Virus record (IMG/VR): IMGVR_UViG_3300009155_000044
Location: 1 to 64,000 of that record
Direction: 5' to 3' (one strand)
Length of the DNA stretch: 64,000 nucleotides
Source of the DNA: a virus
The notes beneath the pieces were generated by a model. The model did not search any database. It saw only the letters and a program-made list of their open reading frames with translations, and had not been told where the DNA came from. Of this stretch, positions 18,755-25,267 are shown piece after piece. A program made the translations under genes and the position numbers. Within the stretch, counting starts at the first letter, position 1; every line of letters starts with the position of its first letter.

Positions 18755-18952
18755 ATGAATAAAATTAACGTTGCTGTAAGGAATTCTGTATGGGATTCTG
18801 TAGCGAGTTCTGTAAGGGTTTCTGTAAGGTGGTCTGTATGGAATTCTGTAGGGGATTCTGTAGGGAGTTCTGTATGGGATTCTGTAGGGCGTTTTGTAAG
18901 TGATTCTATCAAAGATTCTGTTAAAGATTACTTCAATAAAATAAAACAATGA
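18755..18952 (+). CDS. SVxx-repeat mini-protein 15
   Basis: TAATTATG start. Confidence 0.75.
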   Translation: MNKINVAVRNSVWDSVASSVRVSVRWSVWNSVGDSVGSSVWDSVGRFVSDSIKDSVKDYFNKIKQ

Positions 18953-19095
18953 CCTATTTTAACATTCGTAAAGCTGTAGTGAATTCTGTAGGGAGTTCTG
19001 TAGGGAGTTCTGTAGGAGACATTTCAGAACAAAAAGTAGACGTTTGGCTTCTTCGTTACTTTCGCCAATTAATAATTAATAATAATGAAAACTGA
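18949..19095 (+). CDS. SVxx-repeat mini-protein 16 (short, altered C-terminus)
   Basis: Hand translation MTYFNIRKAVVNSVGSSVGSSVGDISEQK... Confidence 0.5.
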   Translation: MTYFNIRKAVVNSVGSSVGSSVGDISEQKVDVWLLRYFRQLIINNNEN

Positions 19096-19366
19096 CACAC
19101 TAAATATTAGATATAATAGAATAAGAAAAGAGTGGTGCGTAAGCTATAAAAGATCTGATATTGAGCGCATTGATCATGTACCTAGACCATGTCACATGGG
19201 ATTCTATCACTTCCATCGAAAAATTGGACCAAAAAAAGCTTTTGCTGAACTCAAAAAGTTTTTGATAGACGAAACAAATAAAGAAATTTTATCGCTTCAA
19301 GAATATATAAATGAAATGAATGCTCTACAATTGCCCGATTGGATTACTAATAAAAAAAAGAACTGA
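19085..19366 (+). CDS. hypothetical protein inserted in the array
   Basis: ORF track; followed by a headless repeat remnant at 19364-19445. Confidence 0.65.
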   Translation: MKTDTLNIRYNRIRKEWCVSYKRSDIERIDHVPRPCHMGFYHFHRKIGPKKAFAELKKFLIDETNKEILSLQEYINEMNALQLPDWITNKKKN

Positions 19367-19441
19367 TTCTGTAGTGAGTTCTGTAGTGAGTTCTGTAGAG
19401 CGTTCTGTAGAGGATTCTGTAAAAGATTACTTTCAAATAAA

Positions 19442-19687
19442 ATGAACTTGAATAAAATTAGCAATACTGTAAGGGCTTCTGTAGTGAATTCTGTATGTGA
19501 TTCTGTAGGGAGTTCTGCATGGAATTCTGTAAATCATTCTGTATGGAGTTCTGTAGTGAGTTCTGTAGGGGATTCTGTATGGCATTCTGTATGGCATTCT
19601 GTATGGCATTCTGTATGGCATTCTGTAGGGGATTCTATATTGCGCTCTGTAGAGGATTCTGTAAAAGATTACTTTCAAATAAAATGA
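19442..19687 (+). CDS. SVxx-repeat mini-protein 17
   Basis: ORF track. Confidence 0.75.
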   Translation: MNLNKISNTVRASVVNSVCDSVGSSAWNSVNHSVWSSVVSSVGDSVWHSVWHSVWHSVWHSVGDSILRSVEDSVKDYFQIK

Positions 19688-19965
19688 ACTTGAATAAAAT
19701 TAACGATGCTGTAAGTAATTCTGTATGGAATTCTGTATGGAATTCTGTAAGTAATTCTGTATGGAATTCTGTATGGAATTCTGTAAGGGGTTCTGTATGG
19801 GGTTCTGTAGGACGTTCTATAAAGAGTTCTGTAAGAGTTGATGTAGGACGTTCTATAAAGAGTTCTGTAAGAGTTGATGTAGGACGTTTTATAAAGAGTT
19901 CTGTAAGAGTTGATGTAAGGGATTCTGTAGAGAGTTCTGTAAAAGATTGCTTTCAAATAAAATGA
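19684..19965 (+). CDS. SVxx-repeat mini-protein 18
   Basis: ATGA overlap start MNLNKINDAV. Confidence 0.75.
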   Translation: MNLNKINDAVSNSVWNSVWNSVSNSVWNSVWNSVRGSVWGSVGRSIKSSVRVDVGRSIKSSVRVDVGRFIKSSVRVDVRDSVESSVKDCFQIK

Positions 19966-20300
19966 ACTTGAATAAAATTAGCAATACTATAAGGGTTTCT
20001 GTAGATGATTCTGCATGGGCTTCTGTAGCGAGTTCTGTGGGGCGTTCTGTAAGAGATTCTGTATGGTGGTCTGTAATGAATCCTGTAAATGATTCTGTAA
20101 GTAATTCTGTAAGTAATTTTGTATGGAATTCTGTATATAATTCTATAGCAGTTTCTGTAGGGCGTTCTGTAGGGGATTCTGTAGGGGATTCTGTATGGCA
20201 TTCTGTAGGGGATTCTATATTGCGCTCTGTAGGGGATTCTGTATGGGATTTTGTACAGGCTTCTGTAAGGGATTATTTTAAACAAAATGATTATGAATAA
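19962..20300 (+). CDS. SVxx-repeat mini-protein 19
   Basis: ATGA overlap start MNLNKISNTI. Confidence 0.75.
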   Translation: MNLNKISNTIRVSVDDSAWASVASSVGRSVRDSVWWSVMNPVNDSVSNSVSNFVWNSVYNSIAVSVGRSVGDSVGDSVWHSVGDSILRSVGDSVWDFVQASVRDYFKQNDYE

Positions 20301-20496
20301 AATTAACGATGCTGTAAGTAATTCTGTAAGGAATTCTGTAAGGAATTCTGTATGGAGTTTTGTATGGAGTTCTGTAAGGGATTCTGTAAGGTGGTCTGTA
20401 TGGAATTCTGTAGGGGATTCTGTAGCAGATTCTGTATGGGATTCTGTAGGGAGTTCTGTAGGGGATTCTGCAAGAGATTATTTCAAACAAAAATAA
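20293..20496 (+). CDS. SVxx-repeat mini-protein 20
   Basis: ORF track. Confidence 0.75.
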   Translation: MNKINDAVSNSVRNSVRNSVWSFVWSSVRDSVRWSVWNSVGDSVADSVWDSVGSSVGDSARDYFKQK

Positions 20497-20498
20497 TT

Positions 20499-20738
20499 AT
20501 GAATAAAATTAACGATTCTGTAAGGGATTCTGTAAGGTGGTCTGTATGGAATTCTGTAGGGGATTCTGTAGCAGATTCTGTATGGGATTCTGTAGCGAGT
20601 TCTGTAGAGGATTCTGTAGAGGATTCTGTATGGAATTCTGTATGGAATTCTGTATTGAGTTCTGTATGGGATTCTGTAAGGAATTCTGTAGGGGATTCTG
20701 TAAGAGATTCTGCAAGAGATTATTTCAAACAAAAATAA
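20499..20738 (+). CDS. SVxx-repeat mini-protein 21
   Basis: TAATTATG start. Confidence 0.75.
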   Translation: MNKINDSVRDSVRWSVWNSVGDSVADSVWDSVASSVEDSVEDSVWNSVWNSVLSSVWDSVRNSVGDSVRDSARDYFKQK

Positions 20739-20740
20739 TT

Positions 20741-20932
20741 ATGAATAAAATTAACGATGCTATAAGGAAGTCTATATTGAGTTCTGTATGGAATTCTGTA
20801 GGGAATTCTATAGGGAATTCTGTAGGGAGTTCTGTAAGGAGTTTTGTAAGGGATTCTGTAGAGGATTCTGTATTGGCTTCTATAAGAACTTCTATAGCAG
20901 ATTCTGTAAGAGATTATTTCAAACAAAAATAA
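20741..20932 (+). CDS. SVxx-repeat mini-protein 22
   Basis: TAATTATG start. Confidence 0.75.
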   Translation: MNKINDAIRKSILSSVWNSVGNSIGNSVGSSVRSFVRDSVEDSVLASIRTSIADSVRDYFKQK

Positions 20933-20934
20933 TT

Positions 20935-21177
20935 ATGAATAAAATTAATGATTCTGTAGAGGGATCTGTAAGGAGTTTTGTAAGGAGTTCTGTAGGGAGT
21001 TCTGTAGGGAGTTCTGCATGGGATTCTGTATGGATTTCTGTAGCGAGTTCTGTATGGGTTTCTGTAAGGGTTTCTGTAGGGGATTCTGTATTGGATTCTG
21101 TATGGGATTCTGTAGGGAGTTCTGTATGGCATTCTGTAAGGAATTCTGTAAGGGATTACTTCGCAAATGAACTCTAA
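20935..21177 (+). CDS. SVxx-repeat mini-protein 23
   Basis: TAATTATG start. Confidence 0.75.
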   Translation: MNKINDSVEGSVRSFVRSSVGSSVGSSAWDSVWISVASSVWVSVRVSVGDSVLDSVWDSVGSSVWHSVRNSVRDYFANEL

Positions 21178-21189
21178 TAAAATAAAGCA

Positions 21190-21273
21190 ATGAATAACTC
21201 TGATATTCGTAATTCTGTAAGGAATTCTGTAAGGGGTTCTGTATGGGATTCTGTAAAAAATTACTTCGAATAA
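21190..21273 (+). CDS. SVxx-repeat mini-protein 24 (27 aa)
   Basis: Hand translation MNNSDIRNSVRNSVRGSVWDSVKNYFE. Confidence 0.55.
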   Translation: MNNSDIRNSVRNSVRGSVWDSVKNYFE

Positions 21274-21498
21274 AAAATGATCAAAAAATATTTTACAGAA
21301 ACATCTTGATTTCCGCTCAAATCTCAGTACTCTAAACTATGTTTGAACTTCAAGCTAAAATCAACAATCATTAGCAACGCATTTTACAACATTCGAATGA
21401 ATCTTATCTGAAGATTATAGGAGAGCGCCAATTCTCCCGTTATGAAAAACGCCGAATAGTTAAACTTCGGTAGAATAAACTATAAGAAAATAAACTAT

Positions 21499-21870
21499 AT
21501 GAGACAATTAAAATTTAGGGTATATATTCCTGATCATCAGAAGTTTTGTTACTTTTGGTTAAATAATTTTGATTACTCTGATCGTTACTTACATCAATAT
21601 TTGCATCCCGTCCAACAATGGACAGGATTGACAGATTCAAAAGGCGTTGAAATTTACGAGGGAGACATTGTTAAAACTATTTATGAAAATGATCCTGATT
21701 TTAATATTGGAACTATTATTTATGATGTTTTAACTGGAGCTTATAGAATTAAAGCTTTAAAAAATTTATTGCCTATTATAACTTATAGATTTGTAGATGG
21801 CAAACCACAAGAATTATTACAAGTAGTTAATGAAGTTATTGGAAATGAGCACGAATTACCTTTAAATTAA
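21499..21870 (+). CDS. YopX family protein
   Basis: MRQLKFR...QQWTGLTDSKGVEIYEGDIV...VIGN. Confidence 0.9.
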   Translation: MRQLKFRVYIPDHQKFCYFWLNNFDYSDRYLHQYLHPVQQWTGLTDSKGVEIYEGDIVKTIYENDPDFNIGTIIYDVLTGAYRIKALKNLLPIITYRFVDGKPQELLQVVNEVIGNEHELPLN

Positions 21871-21873
21871 ATT

Positions 21874-22119
21874 ATGAAACAAATTGGAGACTACAAATAC
21901 ACTGACGAACAAATGATTAAAATTGATGAGTATAAAACGCTTATTAATAAAATGCAAAAATATGAAGATGAAATGTACAAAGAATTATTGCAAAAAGAAT
22001 TGACATTACAATCTAGCGATGATAATGGGGAATTCTCAAAAAAAGATGAAGAATTCTTATTTGAGTACATTTTTAACGATTATGAAATTACTAATGACGA
22101 AAAAACTCCAAATGAGTAA
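21874..22119 (+). CDS. hypothetical protein
   Basis: ORF track, acidic. Confidence 0.6.
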   Translation: MKQIGDYKYTDEQMIKIDEYKTLINKMQKYEDEMYKELLQKELTLQSSDDNGEFSKKDEEFLFEYIFNDYEITNDEKTPNE

Positions 22120-22126
22120 TTACAAA

Positions 22127-22268
22127 TAGTTTTCGGGGCAAGAGAGTTGTTTTTAATTATATTAATAGCTTTGTGTAAATACTCTGGAAAGATTCTGTGA
22201 GTTTAAACAAGGATCTTTACGCAATTATTATAAGAGATTAATCTTTGCCCTGAAAACTACTCTTTTTT
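22127..22268 (+). ncRNA. candidate structured RNA (rod with internal loops)
   Basis: TAGTTTTCGGGGCAAGAGA pairs with TCTTTGCCCTGAAAACTA; inner TAATAG/TTATTA and TTGTGTAAA/TTTACGCAA stems with G-U pairs; ends in a T run. Confidence 0.45.
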
Positions 22269-22613
22269 ATACTAAAAATTCGCCTCTAAAACTATTGCTT
22301 CAATCATCAATTTTATGAAAGATTTTATGGCGTTTCCCGCTATCTTTCTCAACCCCTTTTCTCCCTTAAAATAACCCCCCTAAACATCTCCCTTTCCCTT
22401 CTAGAACATCTTCTCCTATAAGAACAAAAAGAAACTCTCTTTCTTTACAATTAAAACAACTCTCTTATATAGAAATGATACTAGAGAAAGAGAAGAAAAA
22501 AAGATTCTTTGAGAGAAGAAGAGAGAGGTTGGTGGGAGAGAGTGGAGAAGTCCACCAATTAAAATTCTTTTTAACCTTTTTATGTTAGGATGCCGCATTT
22601 TGCACGATTTAAG

Positions 22614-22659
22614 TGACATTTTGTCACATTTAGAGCAATTTGTGCGACATTTTGTCACA
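22614..22659. repeat. two palindromes G(T/C)GACA-TTT-TGTCAC
   Basis: GTGACATTTTGTCAC and GCGACATTTTGTCAC about 31 bp apart. Confidence 0.6.
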
Positions 22660-22670
22660 CTTTTAATTTT

Positions 22671-22895
22671 ATGAACATCTTTTTTAAATTCTTAACGCTA
22701 GCAATAGCCATCATCATCTCTCCCATCGTGGGTTTAGCCATCGCCACGATAACATTTTTCATGAGCATCGTGGGTTTCATCAATGGAACGGTAGATGCGC
22801 TAACCAAAAAGCCAGCGTTAGAAGAGCCAGAAGAGGAGCTTGGCGTGTGGGAAAAGTATGTAAAAGAACTAGAAAAAAAATCAAAAGACAATTAA
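22671..22895 (+). CDS. small membrane protein
   Basis: Long hydrophobic N-terminus, charged tail. Confidence 0.6.
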   Translation: MNIFFKFLTLAIAIIISPIVGLAIATITFFMSIVGFINGTVDALTKKPALEEPEEELGVWEKYVKELEKKSKDN

Positions 22896-22902
22896 AGTGT
22901 CC

Positions 22903-23105
22903 TTTTTACCCCCCTAAAATACAACTTTTTGAGCTTTGGTGCACTTTTTACCCCCCTAAAACAAGAAAAACTAATACTAAAACAACATTTGACCCATTTC
23001 GCGCCAGATCCAAGCTCTCCAGCCCCCCTTTTTTGCGTTTAAAGTACCAGTTTGGAGCCTTAAAGTACGTTTTGTATGCTTTTTACCCCCCTAAAATACA
23101 ACTTT
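22903..23105 (+). repeat. three direct repeats TTTTTACCCCCCTAAAA
   Basis: Copies at 22903, 22945 and 23080; two extend as TAAAATACAACTTT. Confidence 0.8.
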
Positions 23106-23194
23106 AATGGCAAAAGTGTTTTTTTTCTCTAGGCAAAACACAACTTTTATCAAAAAACTAGTTGACTCTGCTTTGATTCTCGGTAGCATATAGT

Positions 23195-23440
23195 ATGCCA
23201 GCGCAAAAACACATCATTTACAGTCAAATAGGAACGAAAAACTTCTCTACCAAAGTTTTTGATTTGATTGATGAGCATCTTCTTTCTGGAACTGATGAAG
23301 TTCGACACTCCACATTTAAAATGATGGAAAACTTAGTGTTCGAATTACAAATGACAAACCCCGAAATATACAACAGTCAATACAGCGTCAATAACGACAC
23401 AAAGACAAGCTCGACAAGCGGCGAGTATAGTGTAAAATAA
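23195..23440 (+). CDS. hypothetical protein
   Basis: ORF directly after a TTGACT...TAGCAT promoter. Confidence 0.6.
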   Translation: MPAQKHIIYSQIGTKNFSTKVFDLIDEHLLSGTDEVRHSTFKMMENLVFELQMTNPEIYNSQYSVNNDTKTSSTSGEYSVK

Positions 23441-23543
23441 TGCATGGTAAAACTTTTTAAAAAAATAAAAAAACTTTTTAAAAAAAGAGAAACTCTTAGT
23501 GCTACACAATATTTACAAGATAGAGAAAGAGAACTTTTTTAAC

Positions 23544-23619
23544 GAATAAGTAGCTCAGTTGGTAGAGCAATTGGCTTTTAACCAGTCGGTCCTGGGTTCA
23601 AGTCCCAGCTTATTCACCA
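23544..23619 (+). tRNA. tRNA-Lys(TTT)
   Basis: GAATAAG/CTTATTC ACCA; ATTGG CT TTT AA CCAGT. Confidence 0.93.
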
Positions 23620-23628
23620 AATAATTTT

Positions 23629-23700
23629 TGCAGAGTGGAGCAGTGGTAGCTCAGCAGGCTCATAACCTGATGGTCGTTGGTTCGAATCCAACCTCTGCAA
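23629..23700 (+). tRNA. tRNA-Met(CAT), initiator-like D arm
   Basis: TGCAGAG/CTCTGCA A; GGAGCAG.GGTAGCTC D arm; CAGG CT CAT AA CCTG. Confidence 0.88.
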
Positions 23701-23705
23701 CGAAT

Positions 23706-23779
23706 AGACGTATAGCTCAGTTGGTTAGAGCACAAAACTCATAATTTTATGGTCCTGGGTTCGAGTCCCAGTGCGTCTA
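23706..23779 (+). tRNA. tRNA with CAT anticodon (elongator Met or lysidine Ile2)
   Basis: AGACGTA/TGCGTCT A; AAAA CT CAT AA TTTT. Confidence 0.88.
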
Positions 23780-23873
23780 CTAAATTACGAAAAACATTTT
23801 GCCAAATAAGAAAAAACTCATTGACATTATTCGAGACTCCTATATTATAAGCATATAGAATATTACTTTTAAT

Positions 23874-23959
23874 GGGGATGTGGTGAAATGGCAACCACAA
23901 CAGACTTAAAATCTGTCGCCCGTAAAGGCTTGAGGGTTCGAGTCCCTCCATCCCCACCA
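23874..23959 (+). tRNA. tRNA-Leu(TAA)
   Basis: GGGGATG/CATCCCC ACCA; ACAGA CT TAA AA TCTGT; long variable arm. Confidence 0.93.
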
Positions 23960-24016
23960 TTTTTGATGCACCAAATTACGAACGTGATTTCTCCAAATAA
24001 ACAAACTTTGCAACTT

Positions 24017-24081
24017 TTGCCGCTAAGGGTGGAACGGATGAGTGAGGCGCAACGTAGCTCGCCCTCTGCCCTTGGTGGCAA
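24017..24081 (+). ncRNA. candidate 65-nt rod-like structured RNA
   Basis: 17 contiguous pairs TTGCCGCTAAGGGTGGA/TCTGCCCTTGGTGGCAA, 4 of them G-U; inner TGAGT/GCTCG and GCG/CGT stems. Confidence 0.6.
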
Positions 24082-24112
24082 TCTCGCATTAATAAAATCG
24101 TAAATTACGAAC

Positions 24113-24796
24113 GTGATTTTGCCAAATAAACACAATCAAGATTATATTTCTAATTTCATCTCGCAACCCAACCAAAGATGGATACTGCACGTTTTGTTTC
24201 TTAGAATTCCCAAGAACGCAAGCTCTTCAATGATGCAGTTGCTTGGCAATTATAATCTGATTAAAAAGCATGAACAAAAATTCATTTCTCAAGCAGATAA
24301 GAAAGTTTACAAAGGATTGTTTGATCCTACTCATGCCACGCAAGAGGAAGTTTACAAAGTGTTGCGCGAAGATGCAAGAAAGAGTTTCTCGTTTTGCATT
24401 GTGAGAAATCCTTGGAGTCGAGCAGTGTCCATGTATCATTTCGCCAAAAAAATGAACTTGGCAAAACTATACGGCATAGATGAAAATGTGAGCTTCGAAG
24501 AGTTCTTGGAAATTACGAACGAGTTCGCGGCAAATAAACAGTTCATTGCTGCGTTTCCACAAACTCGATGGACGCGAGGACCAATTCAATTGGACGAGAT
24601 TTTAAAATTTGAAACTCTTTCTAGCGATTACGAACAGATGAGAGCTAAATATAGCTTGACTCATTTACCCGCACAAATTCCGCACGTTAATAGTACAGTG
24701 CATGATGCTTATCAAAGCTACTATTCTAGTAGCTCAAAAAAGATTGTGGAACTAATTTTCGGCGAGGACATTGAAGAATTTAAATATCAATTTTAA
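24113..24796 (+). CDS. sulfotransferase family 2 protein
   Basis: FLRIPKNASSSM (5'-PSB) and CIVRNPWSRAVSMY (3'-PB) motifs. Confidence 0.85.
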   Translation: MILPNKHNQDYISNFISQPNQRWILHVLFLRIPKNASSSMMQLLGNYNLIKKHEQKFISQADKKVYKGLFDPTHATQEEVYKVLREDARKSFSFCIVRNPWSRAVSMYHFAKKMNLAKLYGIDENVSFEEFLEITNEFAANKQFIAAFPQTRWTRGPIQLDEILKFETLSSDYEQMRAKYSLTHLPAQIPHVNSTVHDAYQSYYSSSSKKIVELIFGEDIEEFKYQF

Positions 24797-24930
24797 AAAT
24801 GTTGATTGCAGAGAATTTTTTGATTCTCCAAGAAAAATTTAAACTTGAAAAAACCCCTTGACCTCATTCCACTCTAGTGTACTGTGCCCCCATCAACGAG
24901 ACAGTCTCTTGATTAACCCATACTAAAATA

Positions 24931-25206
24931 ATGAACTCAACATCTCCTAAACGTCGCGGTCGTCCTCCTGGTAGCAACAGCTTTGCAAAAGTTAAACTGC
25001 AAGACTTGATTTCTATGGTTGGCGAAAATGCAGTCATCAAAGTGTCCACTCTATGGTTGCGTGAAAACGACATCTCTATTGAGCAAAAAGCGACTCTCAT
25101 TAAAACAATCGTAGAACCAAGTGAGCCAGAAAACAAAATCGCTTTTAGCATGACCAGCTTCGATGAGCAAGACTCTGCTAATGAGTGGTCAGCAGAAGAT
25201 GCTTGA
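24931..25206 (+). CDS. small DNA-binding protein (AT-hook-like KRRGRPPGS)
   Basis: GRP motif; TTGACC promoter at 24858. Confidence 0.6.
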   Translation: MNSTSPKRRGRPPGSNSFAKVKLQDLISMVGENAVIKVSTLWLRENDISIEQKATLIKTIVEPSEPENKIAFSMTSFDEQDSANEWSAEDA

Positions 25207-25267
25207 CACGTTTTGATTCTCACCTACTCTACCACTCCACTTCACTCCACTCTACTACTACACTAAA

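Larger units (their letters stand above)
14988..21273 (+). repeat. tandem array of 24 paralogous mini-ORFs built from 12-bp TCTGTA-NNG-NNT units
   Basis: Repeating unit MNKIN-(SVxx)n-(R/K)DYFxQK* separated by TAATTATG, AATAAAGCAATG or ATGA overlaps. Confidence 0.95.

Noticed and set aside
15122-21190. Many minus-strand ORFs (PYRI/QNS repeats) and plus-strand alternate-frame ORFs (MEFC/RGFC repeats)
   Set aside because: Shadow frames of the 12-bp repeat, which has few stops in other frames; only the SVxx frame has consistent start context, caps and coupling.
14988-21273. CRISPR array or DGR interpretation of the TCTGTA repeats
   Set aside because: Unit is only 12 bp with a 6-bp constant part and no unique 25-45-bp spacers; no cas or RT gene in the window; variation is not adenine-specific.
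12081-21475. Stop-codon reassignment suggested by in-frame stops at 12123 (TGA), 17819 (TAA) and ~21372 (TAG)
   Set aside because: Three different stops are involved, all long genes read cleanly in code 11 and no suppressor tRNA was found; these look like ordinary pseudogenes.
22416-23107. ORFs 22416-22658 (-) and 22847-23107 (+)
   Set aside because: Low-complexity translations of the repeat-rich non-coding region, without plausible start context.
23739-24135. ORFs 23739-23960, 23869-24135, 23888-24103 and 6009-6194
   Set aside because: They overlap bona fide tRNA genes; spurious.
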